DNA of 1,151 nucleotides, from assembly GCA_000004985.1 (NCBI GenBank), contig GG739528.1. One strand, given 5' to 3'. Positions 1 through 1,151 of the stretch are shown piece after piece; the first letter of the stretch is position 1; every line of letters begins with the position of its first letter. The stretch comes from Naegleria gruberi. Taxonomy: Eukaryota. The position numbers and the translations under genes were made by a program. The notes beneath the pieces were generated by a model. The model was not told where the DNA came from, did not search any database, and worked only from the letters and a program-made list of their open reading frames with translations.

Positions 1-1
1 C

Positions 2-1150
2 AAATGTGCTAGAACTGGACCAAACTATTGCAACGACAAAACAGACAAATTATCAGCAGGTTTTAGAACTCCATTTGCTTGTACTGTTGATCCAAACAAT
101 GGAGATGTCTACCTTGTTGACTATTTCAATCACATGGTAAGAAGAATTGATGTAACTACAAACATCTCTTCAATTTTTGTTGGTACAGGATCAACCACTG
201 GTTCTAACACCAATTACAATGGATTGGATGCATTGCATTCTACAGTCGCTCTCAATTCACCAATTTCTGTGCTCGTTGACTCTACTTTTGTCTATATTAC
301 TGATTCCATGAACCATTGCATCAGAAAGATAAACAAGATTTCCAATCTTGTTTATACTCATGCAGGTTCTTGTGGGACATCTGGTTCCACCAATGGAAAT
401 ACACCAACAGCTGCCAGATTTAACAATCCATATGGTATGGCTTTAGCTGCCGATGGTACCATGTTTGTTGCTGATAAAGCAAACCATATCATTAGAAGAA
501 TTAATCCTGATGGAAGTGTTGAGCTATACGCTGGTACAGTCGGTACCCAATGTCCTTCTGCAACAGCTTCTCCTGCTTGTGGAGATGGTAGCGATCGTTT
601 AAGTGTAACATTCACCAATCCAAACGCTGTTATTGTTGATTCCAATAACAATGTATACGTTTTTGATTATGGAAACTTTAGAATTAGAAAGATTGATAAC
701 TCAACCGGCTTGGTCTCTACGTTGGTTGGTACAGGTGCGTCAACAGGTGGTGTTACTGGTGGCCCAGGTGGTCATGGTCAAGTTGGTACATCTGTGATTA
801 TTTCAGCATCGTCTAATACATTTCAACCTTTGGAAATTGTTGGAAATAGACTCCTCTTCCATGATAAGACAATTAGTCGTGTTCGTCAATTTGATTTGAA
901 TACTCGCATTGTAACCTCAATAGTTGGCTCAGGTGTTGGATTTGCAACTGGTGTTGGATTACCATTAATTAACTCTAGATTTTCCTCATCACCAGTCATG
1001 CAATTTGATTCAATTGGAACTCCTTATATTTTTACTGGAAGCAATCCATCTTTGTTACTCACTGTTACACCAAGTGGTATTGTAAAAAGATTGGCAGGTG
1101 GTAATGGTGTCGGCACACCTGTCTATTCTGATGTACCTGGTGATCAAATC
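2..1150 (+). CDS. NHL-repeat (six-bladed beta-propeller) domain protein, internal fragment; both the 5' and 3' ends lie outside the window
   Basis: Frame 2 has no stop codon across all 383 codons, which is essentially impossible by chance at about 38% GC. The translation begins KCARTGPNYCNDKTDKLSAGFRTPFACTVDPNNGDVYLVDYFNHMVRRIDVTTNISSIFVGTGSTTGS and continues through RFNNPYGMALAADGTMFVADKANHIIRRINPDGSVELYAGTVGT, VTFTNPNAVIVDSNNNVYVFDYGNFRIRKIDNSTGLVSTLVGTG and three more units, ending VYSDVPGDQI. It shows six tandem NHL-type repeats: F/L..P.G[IV]A.D..G.[IV][YF]V.D..NH.IR[RK]I then a G[ST]G-rich loop. Codon bias is consistent throughout (AGA, CAA, GGT, CCA, TTG). There is no start codon with an upstream non-coding region and no stop codon, so the CDS is partial at both ends. 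Confidence 0.9.
62..190 (+). other. NHL repeat 1 (blade 1), canonical
   Basis: aa 21-63: FRTPFACTVDPNNGDVYLVDYFNHMVRRIDVTTNISSIFVGTG. Matches the NHL consensus F..P.G.A.D..G..YV.D..NH.[IV]RRI followed by a GTG loop. Confidence 0.8.
251..367 (+). other. NHL repeat 2 (blade 2), canonical
   Basis: aa 84-122: LNSPISVLVDSTFVYITDSMNHCIRKINKISNLVYTHAG. Contains the hydrophobic-VD..G(x)-YITD..NH.IRKI core, followed by the AGSCGTSGS loop. Confidence 0.75.
416..535 (+). other. NHL repeat 3 (blade 3), best match to the consensus
   Basis: aa 139-178: RFNNPYGMALAADGTMFVADKANHIIRRINPDGSVELYAG. This is nearly the textbook NHL repeat (F.NP.G.A...DG..FVAD..NH.IRRI...G.). Confidence 0.85.
605..730 (+). other. 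NHL repeat 4 (blade 4), canonical
   Basis: aa 202-243: VTFTNPNAVIVDSNNNVYVFDYGNFRIRKIDNSTGLVSTLVG. Shows F.NP..V.VD...N.YV.D..N.RIRKI followed by a VGTG loop. Confidence 0.8.
728..787 (+). other. Gly-rich insertion loop between blades 4 and 5
   Basis: aa 243-262: VGTGASTGGVTGGPGGHGQVG. At the DNA level this is ggtggtgttactggtggcccaggtggtcatggtcaagttggt. It is longer and more glycine-rich than the equivalent loops after the other blades (GTGSTTGS, AGSCGTSGSTNG, AGTVGTQCPS, VGSGVGFATG, AGGNGVGT). Confidence 0.55.
821..928 (+). other. NHL repeat 5 (blade 5), degenerate
   Basis: aa 274-309: FQPLEIVGNRLLFHDKTISRVRQFDLNTRIVTSIVG. Keeps the F.P..I..GN..[LF].D....I.R[IV]..[FI]D skeleton, but the conserved NH is lost (replaced by KT) and the Asp/Ala core has diverged. 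Confidence 0.6.
980..1102 (+). other. NHL repeat 6 (blade 6), degenerate
   Basis: aa 327-367: FSSSPVMQFDSIGTPYIFTGSNPSLLLTVTPSGIVKRLAGG. Shows F..P....D..G..YIFT......L..V...G.I.[KR][IL].GG. The spacing and the hydrophobic pattern are retained, but the NH-x-IRKI motif is replaced by PSGIVKRL. Confidence 0.5.
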
Positions 1151-1151
1151 G

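Noticed and set aside
136-141. A GGTAAG hexamer that resembles a eukaryotic 5' splice-donor consensus.
   Set aside because: Reading straight through it gives N-H-M-V-R-R-I-D, the most conserved part of NHL repeat 1. The frame never breaks downstream. No intron is needed or supported.
358-651. The 97-aa ORF on the - strand, the only ORF in the supplied track (MLLESTITAFGLVNVTLKRS...).
   Set aside because: It lies entirely inside, and antisense to, a 383-codon open frame with a strong domain signature. Its translation is low-complexity (rich in P, A, L, V, S) with no recognisable motif. It has no plausible RBS or promoter context. Open antisense frames are expected opposite Gly/Thr/Ser-rich coding sequence that uses GGT/ACC/AGC-type codons. 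I treat it as a shadow ORF.
728-787. A Gly-rich stretch (ggtggtgttactggtggcccaggtggtcatggtcaagttggt) that could be a collagen-like or simple tandem DNA repeat.
   Set aside because: It has no regular G-x-y triplet periodicity beyond a few units, and no exact nucleotide repeat. It sits at a loop position between NHL blades where the other blades also have short G[ST]G turns. I read it as an expanded propeller loop, not as a separate repeat element.
1-1151. Possible promoters, terminators, RBS, CRISPR, tRNA or mobile-element boundaries.
   Set aside because: The entire window is occupied by one continuous coding frame. I found no intergenic sequence, no inverted repeats with terminator-like U-tracts, and no direct-repeat/spacer architecture.

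Overview
The whole 1151-bp window is one uninterrupted coding sequence on the + strand, in frame 2 (nt 2..1150, 383 codons), open at both ends. The supplied ORF track missed it because the window contains neither its start nor its stop codon. The translation is a textbook NHL-repeat domain. Six ~55-70-aa units carry the signature F-x-x-P-x-G-[IV]-A-[VL]-D-x-x-G-x-[IV]-[YF]-V-x-D-x-x-N-H-x-I-R-[RK]-I followed by a Gly/Ser/Thr-rich loop, which makes an essentially complete six-bladed beta-propeller. Blades 1-4 are canonical. Blades 5-6 are degenerate. A 20-aa Gly-rich insertion sits between blades 4 and 5. Eight Cys residues and a Cys-rich N-terminal flank suggest an extracellular, multidomain protein, but the flanking domains lie outside the window. 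The only ORF in the track (358..651, - strand, 97 aa) is an antisense shadow of this gene and I reject it. Codon usage is strongly biased (AGA 13 of 17 Arg, CAA 6 of 6 Gln, GGT, CCA and TTG preferred, about 38% GC). That bias looks more like a low-GC eukaryotic microbe (yeast-, slime-mould- or ciliate-like) than a typical bacterium, but it cannot be settled from this window. I see no RNA genes, mobile elements, CRISPR, promoters or terminators, since everything is coding. I found no evidence for a novel multi-gene system here.
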